DNA of 39,496 nucleotides from an uncultured archaeon (GCA_964631415.1 CAZVZC010000003.1:53326-92821), one strand, 5' to 3'. Numbered from the stretch's first letter, positions 1 through 10,347 are shown. The notes: a model not told the origin generated them from the sequence alone. A program made the numbers and translations.

Positions 1-1
1 T

Positions 2-616
2 AGAAATCTGATTACAGTGCTCGATGGTTATCGTATCCATAGATGCTATGACGTGACATTCATAGAGAAGGGGGTGGCAAAGGGTGATGTGCCGCGTGCG
101 TTCATACGCCAATGGCCAACGATAAGGTCGGTATTGTACAAGTTCGCTGCCGTCGGCCCTGACCTACCCGGCGTGCAGCAATACATGGTGCGAAGACAGA
201 AAGTGCAGTTCATCGCGCTAGTGCTCCTGACTTTCGCGCTTCCTATCGTTGTCATTCCGTGGGTCTTTCGTATACAGGGTTGGGACTGGTTCACTACACC
301 GTTCTTGATTGCCGCAGTAGCTGCACTACTCATCTCTCTGCTTTCGAGCGGCTGGTACAATCGCAAAGTCTCTTGGCTCGTATTCTATTACATCGAGAAC
401 AACCCGAATCTCTTCGCCGAAGAACGCCAGCATCTCAAGAAGTGGGTTCAGATTCTCATCTGGCACGCGTCAAGGTTAATCCGTAAGAACGAACTCAAAG
501 TCGAGAAGCAACTTGTCAAATTCTGGAATGATGACTACGATGGAATCATCGTGTTGAAGGAACCCAAGGGTTTCCGGAAGAACTACGTCGTGCAGCTCAG
601 GGCAGATAGGGACTGA
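2..616 (+). CDS. Hypothetical membrane protein with two TM helices; probably 5'-truncated by the window edge
   Basis: Frame is open from position 2 (AGA AAT CTG ATT ACA GTG...) through the GTG at 17. Two hydrophobic stretches (FIALVLLTFALPIVVIPWVF; PFLIAAVAALLISLL). No family recognised. Confidence 0.6.
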   Translation, partial: RNLITVLDGYRIHRCYDVTFIEKGVAKGDVPRAFIRQWPTIRSVLYKFAAVGPDLPGVQQYMVRRQKVQFIALVLLTFALPIVVIPWVFRIQGWDWFTTPFLIAAVAALLISLLSSGWYNRKVSWLVFYYIENNPNLFAEERQHLKKWVQILIWHASRLIRKNELKVEKQLVKFWNDDYDGIIVLKEPKGFRKNYVVQLRADRD

Positions 617-709
617 CTTCTGCACAGATGCGCCGGTACAATGGACGGAGTATGCAAAGATTGGTCAGACCAGCGTCTGCCGGCTGACCTTCCGGCGCTT
701 CTCCTAGTA

Positions 710-1825
710 CTAGACCAAACCCTCTATCGGCTTGTATGTGATATCGAATCCGAAATGCTTTGGCCCGAGTACGTCAAGCCCGCGGGGCTCTCGGAATATG
801 GGAACAGACTTCATGCCTATCACAGTGACCTTGCGGTCTTTGTCCAAGTCTGTGTTGGTAACCGGTTCCCCTGACTGCGCGTCTACTATCTCGATCAGGT
901 CAGGACTGGTCACCCAAGGCTTTCCATCAAGCCAAGAAGCATGGTTCTCATTCTTGAACCACACTTTCATCTCTGTGCCGGGCTTGATGCCGCTGCCCTT
1001 AATCAGGGTTTCACCCCACATGTAGCCCTCACGGTTCTCCCATTTCTTTGCGGCCACCTTTCCTCTGAACAAAACCCATCCTCCAACACTCTCAATAATC
1101 TTGGCTGCTGGATCGTCGCCCGACTCTTGGCTCTCACGTATAGTCTTGCCCACCTTGCATGCCTTGGAGAGAGTCCCAGGGATAATGGCACGACGAAAGT
1201 CAGTACCTTTAACGGGGAAAGCAACATTACCTAAGCGGCCCCATGCTACCTCACTCAGTGCTTTCGAAACTCGCTCACCCATCTCATAGTTGATGACTCG
1301 CGTGACTATACTTCTGTTCCCGTACCAGTCCACTAAGGCCATTGGGGTCATGGAAAACCCCAGCACACAGACTGTATTCTGACAAATCTCTGGCACTGCT
1401 CTTCCAGAATAGTCGCCGTCTACACAGGGGATTCCGTGCTTCACCGCGGCATCGATTGGCGCAGGCGTGTTCACGCCTCCGAGTTCAAAGGGTGCTGCAG
1501 CTGCGAACTTCACACCCATGTACTTCTCTAGCATTGCCAGTCCTTCGGCGAGCTCCTTCTCGAAATAGTCCCAAGGCCATCTTCGTCGGAGCTTCTCAAT
1601 CTCTGCTGTCGGAGGAGCGATTGTTCCCGAGTAGTAGGGACACGCCACCCAGTCGCCATCCTTCACCTTGCTGACATCTACTATCTCTATCGTCTTTCCC
1701 GCATCCATATGTGGATACAGCATGTCCAAGCCGATTTTCTTCGTGCCGCCGCCGCCGGTACCAAAGAACGTGCAGCCCGTTGCGAGATCCTCGATATCGG
1801 TCCTGCTCTTGAGTGTCAGAGTCAT
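710..1825 (-). CDS. DUF917 family protein (thiohydantoin desulfhydrase-like), paralogue 1
   Basis: Motifs GCTFFGTGGGG, PFELGGVNT, VDGDYSGRAVPE, FKNEN, TSPDLI. AGGAG lies 10 nt upstream of the ATG at 1825, preferred over the TTG at 1834. Confidence 0.85.
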   Translation of the reverse strand: MTLTLKSRTDIEDLATGCTFFGTGGGGTKKIGLDMLYPHMDAGKTIEIVDVSKVKDGDWVACPYYSGTIAPPTAEIEKLRRRWPWDYFEKELAEGLAMLEKYMGVKFAAAAPFELGGVNTPAPIDAAVKHGIPCVDGDYSGRAVPEICQNTVCVLGFSMTPMALVDWYGNRSIVTRVINYEMGERVSKALSEVAWGRLGNVAFPVKGTDFRRAIIPGTLSKACKVGKTIRESQESGDDPAAKIIESVGGWVLFRGKVAAKKWENREGYMWGETLIKGSGIKPGTEMKVWFKNENHASWLDGKPWVTSPDLIEIVDAQSGEPVTNTDLDKDRKVTVIGMKSVPIFREPRGLDVLGPKHFGFDITYKPIEGLV

Positions 1826-1980
1826 CCAAGTCAATCTCCTTTAACAGGGTTGCGGCGAGGTTAAACAGACCTGTATTTATCCTCGACGGAGCAGACCTAA
1901 CACGGCCGACTGGGGCGAACGGGTGCCGAGCCGATTCAGATGGCAGTCAGACTCGAACGTGGCACACAGATCCCGCACAG

Positions 1981-2017
1981 AAAAGGAAGAGAGTGGGAAG
2001 TGCAGACACACTTCCCA
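1981..2017 (-). terminator. Hairpin plus pyrimidine run, likely terminator of the metallophosphoesterase gene
   Basis: 9-bp inverted repeat TGGGAAGTG (1994-2002) / CACTTCCCA (2009-2017). On the minus strand it is followed by CTCTCTTCCTTTT, just downstream of the stop at 2035. Confidence 0.55.
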
Positions 2018-2034
2018 AGGTGTATGAAGAACGA

Positions 2035-2970
2035 CTATAGCTCAACACGACTGGCGTATGCCGTACCGTTGTCGATGTTTATAACGAACCCCTTCAGGAT
2101 TCCTTCCCTGTACTCTGAGCCAGGATTGATGCACAGAGTCCTTCCGATACTCCTGAAGCCCACCGATTCGTGTATGTGTCCGTGCATGCCTAGAAGCGGT
2201 TGATACTTCTCAATACAAGCTCGGACTGATTTGCTGCCTACTGGCCCCGCAAGCTCCATCGCTCCTGCCTTGGAGATGGAGTAGTCCTTCCTAAGAGTTG
2301 GTGCGGTATCCAGTCCCGAATCGAAGGGAGGGTCGTGGAAATTGCACAACAAGTTGGTGTGGTCACTGACCCTAGCAAACTCCTCTTCAAGCTTGCCCAA
2401 TAGTTGCTCATCAGGACACTCCCGGTAAGTGCTCCAAGGAGTTGAACTGACCCATTCTAGGCTAATCAACGGATAGCCATGAACGTCGACAACCCTCTTT
2501 AGAGGATATATGATCCTCGGATGATTCTTGATGACATCATCAATCACCCAGTCATCATCATTTCCCGGGTTGACAATGACGTCGATTTCCTTCGGTATTC
2601 TCTCCGCCGCCATGTCAAGCCACTCAGTGATACGCTCCTTCATTAGCTTCGCAAAGAGCTCCTTCACTTCTCCTTGTTTCTCCTTGAGCTCTTCGAACTT
2701 ATCAGATGTGATGATGATGGGGTAGAATCCCTCGTCCCTGGTGAACTTGACAAAGTTGTCCAGATCCTTTTGTTTCTTGAAGGTTCTCTTACCACCATGT
2801 GGGTTTGCAAACCACTTGTCTTCCTTCTCTTTTATGATTGGCATGATGGCCTTCCCAGTCAAATCGCCGCACATCATTGCCACATCTGCCTTGAAGACCT
2901 GAGGAGCACGACACATCTTCTCCCAAGTCTGCTGGCTGCCGTGAGGGTCACATGCATGGAAAATCCTCAT
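2035..2970 (-). CDS. Calcineurin-like metallophosphoesterase (Icc-related)
   Basis: Complete metal-binding motif set: DPHG, GDLTG, PGNDD, HDPP, HGHIHE, followed by INPGSEY. Confidence 0.9.
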   Translation of the reverse strand: MRIFHACDPHGSQQTWEKMCRAPQVFKADVAMMCGDLTGKAIMPIIKEKEDKWFANPHGGKRTFKKQKDLDNFVKFTRDEGFYPIIITSDKFEELKEKQGEVKELFAKLMKERITEWLDMAAERIPKEIDVIVNPGNDDDWVIDDVIKNHPRIIYPLKRVVDVHGYPLISLEWVSSTPWSTYRECPDEQLLGKLEEEFARVSDHTNLLCNFHDPPFDSGLDTAPTLRKDYSISKAGAMELAGPVGSKSVRACIEKYQPLLGMHGHIHESVGFRSIGRTLCINPGSEYREGILKGFVINIDNGTAYASRVEL

Positions 2971-3181
2971 GTCAGTACTTCACCTATAACTAGTGCGACT
3001 CTTCTTGCGAACGCACTACGCGAAACGCCCCTAGGTCGTTTAAGAGTTTAATGGTATAGGGTCGTTCCTGCTGTTTAATTCCTTCAGGAGAACGGGATAA
3101 GGGTTGGTCCAGTCGATAGATATTAAAGTCGATTCTCACCGAACTGACCAAAAGCACTCAGAGAAAGCGTGAGGAATCCGA

Positions 3182-4000
3182 ATGCCTGGCAAGTACGGCG
3201 TGATTCTCAATGACCTCATGGCGGAAGCATTGAGGATCCAAAAGGCAGCCGAACAGAACGGTCTGCCTCTTCGAGTCATGGGATGCATAGCCTACAGAAT
3301 CAAGAGCCCGCAGTACATAGAGTTGCATAAAGCGATGGGGCGAGAAATCACAGACATTGACTTCATGAGCTACTACAAGTATCGTAACAAAGTCATTGAC
3401 CTCTTGCGCGACGAACTCGGATATCAGTATATCCCGCCAGGCTTCGCCCGAGCCACGAATCTTCGAGACCTGTTCATAAACCCCAACACTGGCGGCAAGG
3501 TCGATGTGTTCTATGACATGCTTGACTTCTGTCACAATATCGACTTCAAGAAGCACGACCGGCTTAGCCTAGACAATCCCACGATAACCCTTGGTGACCT
3601 CTTTCTTGAAAAAGCTCAGATAGTCGAAATCAATGCAAAGGACCTGAAGGACATGGTGATCACTTTCCTGGCGAACGAGGTCAGCGAAACAGATGACGAC
3701 TCCATGGTAAACGGGCCTTACATCAGCTCACTACTGTGCGATGACTGGGGATTCTACCATACGGTCACCACGAACATAAAGAAGCTGCTTGATTTCGTGC
3801 CGACTGTTGACCTGCTTTCGCCAGAACAAAAGGACCAAGTCGTATCTCGAGCTCAGAAGCTCCTCAAGTTGATCGATGACACGCCAAAGACAGGCGGCTG
3901 GAAGCGAAGAGCTGCAATCGGCACGAAGCAGCGTTGGTACAAGTTCGTTCACTCCATGGAAGGGACGCGAGACGCGGGCGGACAGGCCTCCAAGTGTTGA
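3182..4000 (+). CDS. Uncharacterised nucleotidyltransferase-fold protein
   Basis: hGxhA motif (VMGCIAY), DxD (ITDIDF), third acidic strand (KVDVF), then helical LFLEKAQI...KDLKD, as in AbiEii/NTP_transf-type NTases. GAGGA RBS upstream. Confidence 0.7.
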   Translation: MPGKYGVILNDLMAEALRIQKAAEQNGLPLRVMGCIAYRIKSPQYIELHKAMGREITDIDFMSYYKYRNKVIDLLRDELGYQYIPPGFARATNLRDLFINPNTGGKVDVFYDMLDFCHNIDFKKHDRLSLDNPTITLGDLFLEKAQIVEINAKDLKDMVITFLANEVSETDDDSMVNGPYISSLLCDDWGFYHTVTTNIKKLLDFVPTVDLLSPEQKDQVVSRAQKLLKLIDDTPKTGGWKRRAAIGTKQRWYKFVHSMEGTRDAGGQASKC

Positions 4001-4026
4001 TGGACGTTCGTGAGGGAGTATTGTAC

Positions 4027-5145
4027 ATGAAGCTCACAAAACAGAATGCATACGACATGCTTACCGGAGTTGGTATCCTTGGCACAGGAGGCGGCGGGGA
4101 TCCTGTTGGGTTCGGAAAGCCGCTCGTTGACTGGGACTACGGCAAGGGCCGAGTCTATGAAATCACAGACCCGAAAGACATCAAGGATGATGCGTTCATC
4201 GTATGTGGTGGCTATATGGGATCTGTCAAGGTATTCACCTCAGTCGGTGACATGCTCGAGAAGTGGGAGAAGAGATTCGAACTCTACGAGGTCACTAAGA
4301 TAACCGAGAAAATGACTGGCAAGAAAGTCAACCACGTTGTTCCATTTGAGCTCGGTGGGCTGAACACCACAGTGATGCTCTCGATGGCGACTAGAGCTGG
4401 CATCACTTCGGTAGACGGTGATGGCCTTGGCAGGTCAGCTCCCGAAAGCCAGATGATATCCTTCGTGGGCTATGGTATATCTCTCTGCCCGATGCCAGTT
4501 GTCACCAAGGGAGGCAGCATTGTGATAGTGCAGCAAGCCAGCATCCCCGCGCTCGCAGACGAGATAGGCAGATTCGCTGTAGTGCAGGATGGTGGAGCCG
4601 GAGCCAACAATCACTATTACCAGACTGGAGCACAGCTCAAGAAGAGCGTCGTCGCGAACAGCATCACTAAGTCAATACGTCTGGGAGAGGCCATGCGCGA
4701 CGCCAACGCCAGCCACAAGAATCCAATCGATGCATTCCTCAGTGTGATGGGTGGTCGAGTCCTCACGACGGGGACCATCAAGGAGGTCAAAGGAGAGGAC
4801 CGTGCAGGACACTGGCACGTTCTTGTCACGATAAAGCCTGAGGACACAAAGGGCAAGTTCCAGATTGTGGTCAAGAATGAGTACATGTGCGCATTGTGCG
4901 ATGACAAGCCCATTGTCATGTTCCCAGACCTCATCTGCATGCACGACCCCAAGACTGGCTATGGCATCATGAGCTCTGATCTCAAGGAGGGCCTGCGCGT
5001 GACTGTGACAGCCCTACCCGCACATGAGAGAGTTCGGTTTGCAGGAAACACAGACATAGGTCGAAAAGCATTCGGACCAGAGAGGTACGGACATCCTGAG
5101 CTCCAATACAAGCCCATGGAAGAAATCATAAAGAACCTCCATTGA
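4027..5145 (+). CDS. DUF917 family protein, paralogue 2
   Basis: Motifs GILGTGGGG, PFELGGLNT, VDGDGLGRSAPE, VKNEY, MFPDLI. The ATG at 4027 follows GAGGGAG and aligns with the start of paralogue 1. Confidence 0.85.
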   Translation: MKLTKQNAYDMLTGVGILGTGGGGDPVGFGKPLVDWDYGKGRVYEITDPKDIKDDAFIVCGGYMGSVKVFTSVGDMLEKWEKRFELYEVTKITEKMTGKKVNHVVPFELGGLNTTVMLSMATRAGITSVDGDGLGRSAPESQMISFVGYGISLCPMPVVTKGGSIVIVQQASIPALADEIGRFAVVQDGGAGANNHYYQTGAQLKKSVVANSITKSIRLGEAMRDANASHKNPIDAFLSVMGGRVLTTGTIKEVKGEDRAGHWHVLVTIKPEDTKGKFQIVVKNEYMCALCDDKPIVMFPDLICMHDPKTGYGIMSSDLKEGLRVTVTALPAHERVRFAGNTDIGRKAFGPERYGHPELQYKPMEEIIKNLH

Positions 5146-5198
5146 GCACAGACACTTCGGATATAAGCTTCGAAACGAGCCCGGTTGGGTGATCAGAC

Positions 5199-5963
5199 TT
5201 GAAGCGAATCGCACTCATCGGCGTGACCGGTGTCGACTGGTGGGTCGACCCAAAGAAGAAGAACTTCGTACGTGCAGTCACCCCGCCAGGCTTCGTCTGT
5301 GAGAACATGCATGCTAGGTTCGGCACTCATAGTCTGGAGTCAAACTCGGACGAGGCCTACAACGCTCCCTTCATCCTTGAACAGGTCGTTCTAGCGAACA
5401 AGGAGGGCATGGACGCAATTGTGATCGACTGCGCCTGTGATCCCATACTCGACGCGGCGAGAGAGGTGTCGACCATTCCTGTTGTGGGTCCCAGAAAGGC
5501 AGCTCTCCATCTCGCGTTGACACTTGGCACGAAGTTCACTATCATAACAGTTCAGGGGCTCTCCCTGATGAAATGCATGGAGTCAGGCGTCCGTAAAGAG
5601 GGCCTAGATGCGTTCTGTGCAAGTGTCAGGTATCTGAAGATGCCAGTACTTGATATCGCCAAGCGGCCGGAAGAAGCACAGGCGGAACTGCTGGCTGTCT
5701 GCAAGCAAGCTGTGCTCGAGGACGGGGCAGATGTGATTGTTCTGGGATGTACAGGGCTATCACATGAAGTGGACCTCAAGCCAATCATGGCCGAGGTAGG
5801 GGTTCCGGTACTCGACCCGTTTGTTGTGGCTGTTAGGACTGCCGCCATGTTGGTTGATGCCGGCATCTCTCACAGCAAGATTGCCTATCCTCTACCTCCA
5901 AGGAAGTCCATTGTTGAGGACCCTAGCTTGAAAGGTGCTTTCGATCGAATCCTCCGAGAATAG
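5199..5963 (+). CDS. Asp/Glu/hydantoin racemase family protein
   Basis: Two-cysteine racemase motifs DAIVIDCACDP and DGADVIVLGCTG; C-terminal PVLDP and HSKIAYP typical of hydantoin racemases. Confidence 0.85.
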   Translation: MKRIALIGVTGVDWWVDPKKKNFVRAVTPPGFVCENMHARFGTHSLESNSDEAYNAPFILEQVVLANKEGMDAIVIDCACDPILDAAREVSTIPVVGPRKAALHLALTLGTKFTIITVQGLSLMKCMESGVRKEGLDAFCASVRYLKMPVLDIAKRPEEAQAELLAVCKQAVLEDGADVIVLGCTGLSHEVDLKPIMAEVGVPVLDPFVVAVRTAAMLVDAGISHSKIAYPLPPRKSIVEDPSLKGAFDRILRE

Positions 5964-5995
5964 GCAAATGAGGCTTTTCGGTTCCGTTCTTCTTC

Positions 5996-7258
5996 CTACT
6001 GATTAGATGTGGGGCGTTTTCTCAGGAGTGCTGCAATCGCCAGAGAACTCAGAAGCCCAAACACCATTGTTGCGAAGTAGGGCAGTGCCAGACCGAAAGT
6101 TCCGATCCAACCTCCCACAATCGGTCCCACAAAGAAGCCGACACCAGCTAGGCTTTCTACAATCCCCGCATGGGCACCCTTCTCTTTCTGCGTCGCGGAA
6201 ACCACTGAATATAGAGCTCCCAAGTAAGTGAAGCCGGCTCCAATCCCGCACAAGACCATAGCGACTGCGAAGAACGCTATATCTGTGAAGAATGAAAGGG
6301 GAACCATAGAAACAGTGATCAGAAGTGCCCCTGTAATAATCACAGTGCCCATTTGCTCATGACGAAGTCTAGAGCAGAGGATGAATGCCAGCGTGCGTGC
6401 GATGTTCCAGACCAAAAGCAGGTATCCAAAGTCCTGCGTACTGTAACCTGGAAGGCCGCCGACGTAGCTCGGAAACAACGCGAGCAAGACCGTCGACACG
6501 AACCCGAAAAGCATGAGTGAAACGTAAGATGCCAGGAATCTGGGGCTTGTCTTCTGCCCTCTGACACGTCCAGTAGCCTCAGCCAAATCATCCCGATTCG
6601 GCAGTGAAGCCGACTTGGCGCTATCCTGTGCCGAAGTCAGGTCAACTCTGTAGTCTTGGATATTGAGTGCTATGATGCCCAGAACAAGAAACTCCACAGC
6701 CAGAACCACGTAGATGCTAGACGTATTCCCGAAGCTTGTGGCCATGAAGGCGATTACGTAGGGGCTCATTATCATGCCGGCACTCCAAGATGTCGAGAAG
6801 TTGCCCAAGGCAGCTGCCTGGCCCTGTGGGCAGAGCTCGGCAACCATGCCTTCAACGGTCGGGTTGAACAGTCCGAAGAACAGCCCCTCCAGTGCCCTGA
6901 TGATGATCAGGTGCATAGGCATGATGAAGGGCTGAGGATAGAGGAAGAGCACTCCAATGTATGCCATAACGGCGATGAGAAGCGATTTCCGTCTGCCGAT
7001 TCGGTCTGACACTTTTCCGCCTACTGCTGGAGAGAACATATACACAAGCCCAAAGCTGCCCATAGCCCAACCCATTTCGTAAGGTGTTGCGTGCAGCTGG
7101 CCTGCATACCAAGATGCAAAGATCTCTGTCACTCCAAGTGAGAACGTAGACAGGAAAGTGATGAGGTAGGCAACCATCCTGATGCGCTTCTTGGCTGAGT
7201 CGGACAGACACTGCTTTGCTGACGGCTTCGGTTCCATCTCTTGCTCCATCAACTGCAT
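5996..7258 (-). CDS. MFS transporter
   Basis: About 12 hydrophobic segments; MFS motif A GKVSDRIGRRK; RALEG in TM4. Confidence 0.9.
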   Translation of the reverse strand: MQLMEQEMEPKPSAKQCLSDSAKKRIRMVAYLITFLSTFSLGVTEIFASWYAGQLHATPYEMGWAMGSFGLVYMFSPAVGGKVSDRIGRRKSLLIAVMAYIGVLFLYPQPFIMPMHLIIIRALEGLFFGLFNPTVEGMVAELCPQGQAAALGNFSTSWSAGMIMSPYVIAFMATSFGNTSSIYVVLAVEFLVLGIIALNIQDYRVDLTSAQDSAKSASLPNRDDLAEATGRVRGQKTSPRFLASYVSLMLFGFVSTVLLALFPSYVGGLPGYSTQDFGYLLLVWNIARTLAFILCSRLRHEQMGTVIITGALLITVSMVPLSFFTDIAFFAVAMVLCGIGAGFTYLGALYSVVSATQKEKGAHAGIVESLAGVGFFVGPIVGGWIGTFGLALPYFATMVFGLLSSLAIAALLRKRPTSNQ

Positions 7259-7304
7259 CTCACACTACTGTTTGGACAGTATTCATACCGATTCGGTGGT
7301 CCGT

Positions 7305-8312
7305 TCAATGAAGACTCGGGATGACCTTCCTGGAGAGGACTCTCATTGTTTGCTGCACGTCCGCGCCCGGTAGCGGGAATGCGACAGGTGTGCTCACCCC
7401 TGCATCTACAAACTGCTGAAGGTACTTGATGGCAGTTTCTGTATCACCAACGACACCCAGAGTCTGTACCATCTTGTCGGTCACCATGTCACCGACGTCC
7501 TTCCCCTCACTCACTGCCTTCGCCATCTCCTTGGTCAACTCAGCTGGTACGCCAGCGTGTTCCATCAGTGGACCTCCGGGTTGAGAGTGTGGCAGGTACA
7601 TCTTCATCAGGCCACGGGCAATCTCTATCGCCTTGTCAACGTCCTCGTCAATTGCCAGAGGCAGATAAGACACCATCTCAAACTTGCTCACGTTCTTGTT
7701 GGCCTTCTTTGCACCAGCCTTCACACGTTCCCAAGCAAACTTCACGTAGGATGGTGTATTGAATATGGACAGGATTGCTCCATCACCAACCTCTCCAGCG
7801 AGCTCCAACCCCATCTTTCCCTCAAATGCAAGATAGATTGGGATTTCCTTGCGGACAGGTTGAAAGACCAACTTGACATCCTTCGTCTTGAAGAACTCGC
7901 CTTCGTGTGTGATGCTTTCGCCAGTCATGATCTTGCGGATGACTTCGACACACTCTCGAGTACGAGAGAGCGGCTTGTCCACTGTGTACCCCATCTGGGA
8001 CATCCAGTACGGGACTCCCGAGCCCAAGCCAAACACGGTTCGCATGCCGGACATTTCATCGAGTGTCGCGAACTCCATGGCTGTCAGAGCAGGATGACGA
8101 GAGTATGGATTCACGACCCCAAGACCGATACGGATCTTCTCCGTTGCCATACTCGCGGCCGCAACGTAGGGCACGCCTCCACGAAAGAAGTAGTCTTCAG
8201 CAAACCAGACCGAACCGAGAGCGCTCCTCTCAGCAGTCTTAGCCATTGCAACAGCCTCTCTGACTGGAAAGATGCCAGTCATGGCCACACCAAACTCCTT
8301 GAAACCCTTCAT
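7305..8312 (-). CDS. Luciferase-like (LLM) oxidoreductase, Mer-like, probably F420-dependent
   Basis: WFAEDYF, GLGVVNPYSRHPA, FATLDEMSG, FGLGSG motifs. The ATG at 8312 is preceded by AAGGAG. Confidence 0.85.
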   Translation of the reverse strand: MKGFKEFGVAMTGIFPVREAVAMAKTAERSALGSVWFAEDYFFRGGVPYVAAASMATEKIRIGLGVVNPYSRHPALTAMEFATLDEMSGMRTVFGLGSGVPYWMSQMGYTVDKPLSRTRECVEVIRKIMTGESITHEGEFFKTKDVKLVFQPVRKEIPIYLAFEGKMGLELAGEVGDGAILSIFNTPSYVKFAWERVKAGAKKANKNVSKFEMVSYLPLAIDEDVDKAIEIARGLMKMYLPHSQPGGPLMEHAGVPAELTKEMAKAVSEGKDVGDMVTDKMVQTLGVVGDTETAIKYLQQFVDAGVSTPVAFPLPGADVQQTMRVLSRKVIPSLH

Positions 8313-8400
8313 TATGTTCTGTTCTCCTTGTTCAGTTACAGGGCACATGTTTGTTCAAGTTAAGATTGCCCAAAGTACACCAATCTTCAACGAAAGATGG

Positions 8401-8421
8401 AAGGAGGGGGACATCCCCCTA
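8401..8421 (-). terminator. GC hairpin at the AOR stop codon
   Basis: AGGGGG-ACAT-CCCCCT inverted repeat overlapping the TAG, followed on the minus strand by CCTTCCATCTTT. Confidence 0.4.
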
Positions 8422-10344
8422 CTTCTTTGGCAGTTTACCCATTTTTCCAAGATACTCGGCGACATCTTTCAACTGGAGCTTCTCAAGGGTGGCCCTAAGC
8501 GGCCAGCTTGTCTTGAGATCCCACTCGTGCAAAGCATAGTATCTGTCGAGCATGCCATCGAGCTCTGCTCGCGAGTTCATCGCTCCCTTAAGAGGACCAG
8601 ACGCCGCGCCTTCGTTCATGAGACGCCAAGGCAAGTCATCATGCTGCCTTGTGGCACCGCGCGTTACATTGAACGCTTTCTCGAGTGTCACTACTCTCCT
8701 GCCGCTCAGCATGAGTTCTTGCTCAGTCATTGGGATGCCTGTTGCGGCCTCATAGAGTCTTGCCATGTTGTCTGGGTTGACACCATAAGCCGCGGTCGAT
8801 GTGAACACACAGAAGCCAAGAGCCTCAGTTATCTCGTAGCAGTCCTCATGCCATCGCACAATCTCTGCTCTGTACTCTGTCGAGTGGGGTGTGGCCCACT
8901 TCTTGTCACCTGTCACTTTCTCAATGACACCTATAGCCTCGGGGCTGGCTCCAAATTCAGCAAAGGTTTCGGTCATAAGGTGATCATTCCCTCTCGGGTT
9001 GACCGCGAAGGCAAGCGCATATGCCTTTGCTGACCGAGTCTCAACATTGGACTGCTCAAGACCCTTGGAGTTGATGATAGCCCACTTGTAGCTGTCCTTG
9101 CCAACCTTCTTTGTGGCAATCTTCAGCCCATCGCCCAAGAGCTCGCCCAGCTTGCCCTTGCGCAGCGCCAACGCTTCAATCATCTTGAGCAGTTCGGGGA
9201 GCTTACCCCATCCCAGTTCTAGACCGTCGGTGTCAGCCTTTGTCAGCACACCTCTCAAGTAACTCTCAATCGCCCACTGGCAGACTGTGCCTGCGGTGAT
9301 TGTATCAAGTCCAAGGCGGTTGCACAGCTCATTCGCCAGCATGACACCCTCAGTGTCGACGATTCCGGGTCCATTCCCCAAAGCTCCGAAGGTTTCATAC
9401 TCGGGGCCGCCGCTTGCTATCCCTTTGTTCGGACCTTTCTCAATCGTTGAGTACCTGTGGCAGCCAATTGTACAGCCGAAGCATGCGACCCTCCTCTTCA
9501 GATAGCCATTCTCAACAAGTGCCTGACCGGTGATCGGATGAACGTTCGGGGTGTAGCCGGTCGTCCAGTTCCTCCCAGGTAGGGCGTGAAGCTCATTCAC
9601 AGCGGCGACTGAGGCGGAGGTGCCGAACTCATGGAGTCCAATTGACCCACTGTCCTTCCGCAACAGGTCCCTCATCTCTTTAGCAATCTCGGCGAACTTC
9701 TTGGGGTCCTTGACCTGTACCGTCTTCGTCCCTTTGACACTTATCGCCTTCAACTTCTTCTTGCCCATGACCGCTGCTCCACCACCTCTGCCAGCTGCAT
9801 GAAACACAGAACACTGAATAGAGCCAGCACGTACAAGCCTCTCGCCAGCAGGTCCTATGTAGAGACCCCTAGAGTCTTCGCCGTGCTTTTTCTTGAGAAG
9901 CAGGTCAGTCTGAATTATGTCTTTGTCCCATAGATCTGCTGCATCGAAGATGTCAACGTGATCATCCTCAATGTAGATGTAAGATGGCTTCTGGGCCTCA
10001 CCATGCACAACCAGATGATCGTAGCCGGCATACTTCAGCTCCGATCCCCAGTGCCCGCCTGTGTTTGTCTTTAGATACAGTCCAGTCGTGCAGCCCACTG
10101 TGGTGACAGAGGTTCTTCCTGAGGCGGGTGCGGTGGTGCCCGTCAGAGCACCTGGCGCGTAGATTATGATGTTGCGCGGGTCGTCCCATGTGATTGTATG
10201 ATCTCTGCAGGAGTCCCACAGGATCTTGGCATTGATGCCTCTACTTCCAACGTAGAGCTTTCGCCACTCCTCTGGCAGCTGCTGAGTCCATATCTTGCCT
10301 GTAGTCAAGTCAACATGGAGAATCTTGCCCTGATGTCCAAACAT
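8419..10344 (-). CDS. aor: Aldehyde:ferredoxin oxidoreductase family (tungstopterin) enzyme
   Basis: KILHVDLT, GGHWGSELKYAGYD, IGPAGE, AAGRGGGAAVMGKKKLKAI, Fe-S CxxCxxxC (CFGCTIGC), GPEYET, CNRLGLDTI. Confidence 0.92.
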   Translation of the reverse strand: MFGHQGKILHVDLTTGKIWTQQLPEEWRKLYVGSRGINAKILWDSCRDHTITWDDPRNIIIYAPGALTGTTAPASGRTSVTTVGCTTGLYLKTNTGGHWGSELKYAGYDHLVVHGEAQKPSYIYIEDDHVDIFDAADLWDKDIIQTDLLLKKKHGEDSRGLYIGPAGERLVRAGSIQCSVFHAAGRGGGAAVMGKKKLKAISVKGTKTVQVKDPKKFAEIAKEMRDLLRKDSGSIGLHEFGTSASVAAVNELHALPGRNWTTGYTPNVHPITGQALVENGYLKRRVACFGCTIGCHRYSTIEKGPNKGIASGGPEYETFGALGNGPGIVDTEGVMLANELCNRLGLDTITAGTVCQWAIESYLRGVLTKADTDGLELGWGKLPELLKMIEALALRKGKLGELLGDGLKIATKKVGKDSYKWAIINSKGLEQSNVETRSAKAYALAFAVNPRGNDHLMTETFAEFGASPEAIGVIEKVTGDKKWATPHSTEYRAEIVRWHEDCYEITEALGFCVFTSTAAYGVNPDNMARLYEAATGIPMTEQELMLSGRRVVTLEKAFNVTRGATRQHDDLPWRLMNEGAASGPLKGAMNSRAELDGMLDRYYALHEWDLKTSWPLRATLEKLQLKDVAEYLGKMGKLPKK

Positions 10345-10347
10345 GTC

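Noticed and set aside
3934-4026. N-terminal extension of DUF917 paralogue 2 overlapping the NTase gene (possible frameshift fusion)
   Set aside because: A good RBS and ATG at 4027 match the start of paralogue 1, and no slippery sequence is evident.
7557-9033. Long plus-strand ORFs (268 and 253 aa) antisense to the LLM and AOR genes
   Set aside because: They are shadow frames of well-supported genes, with no motifs and atypical composition. The same applies to 13780-14457 and 17231-17758.
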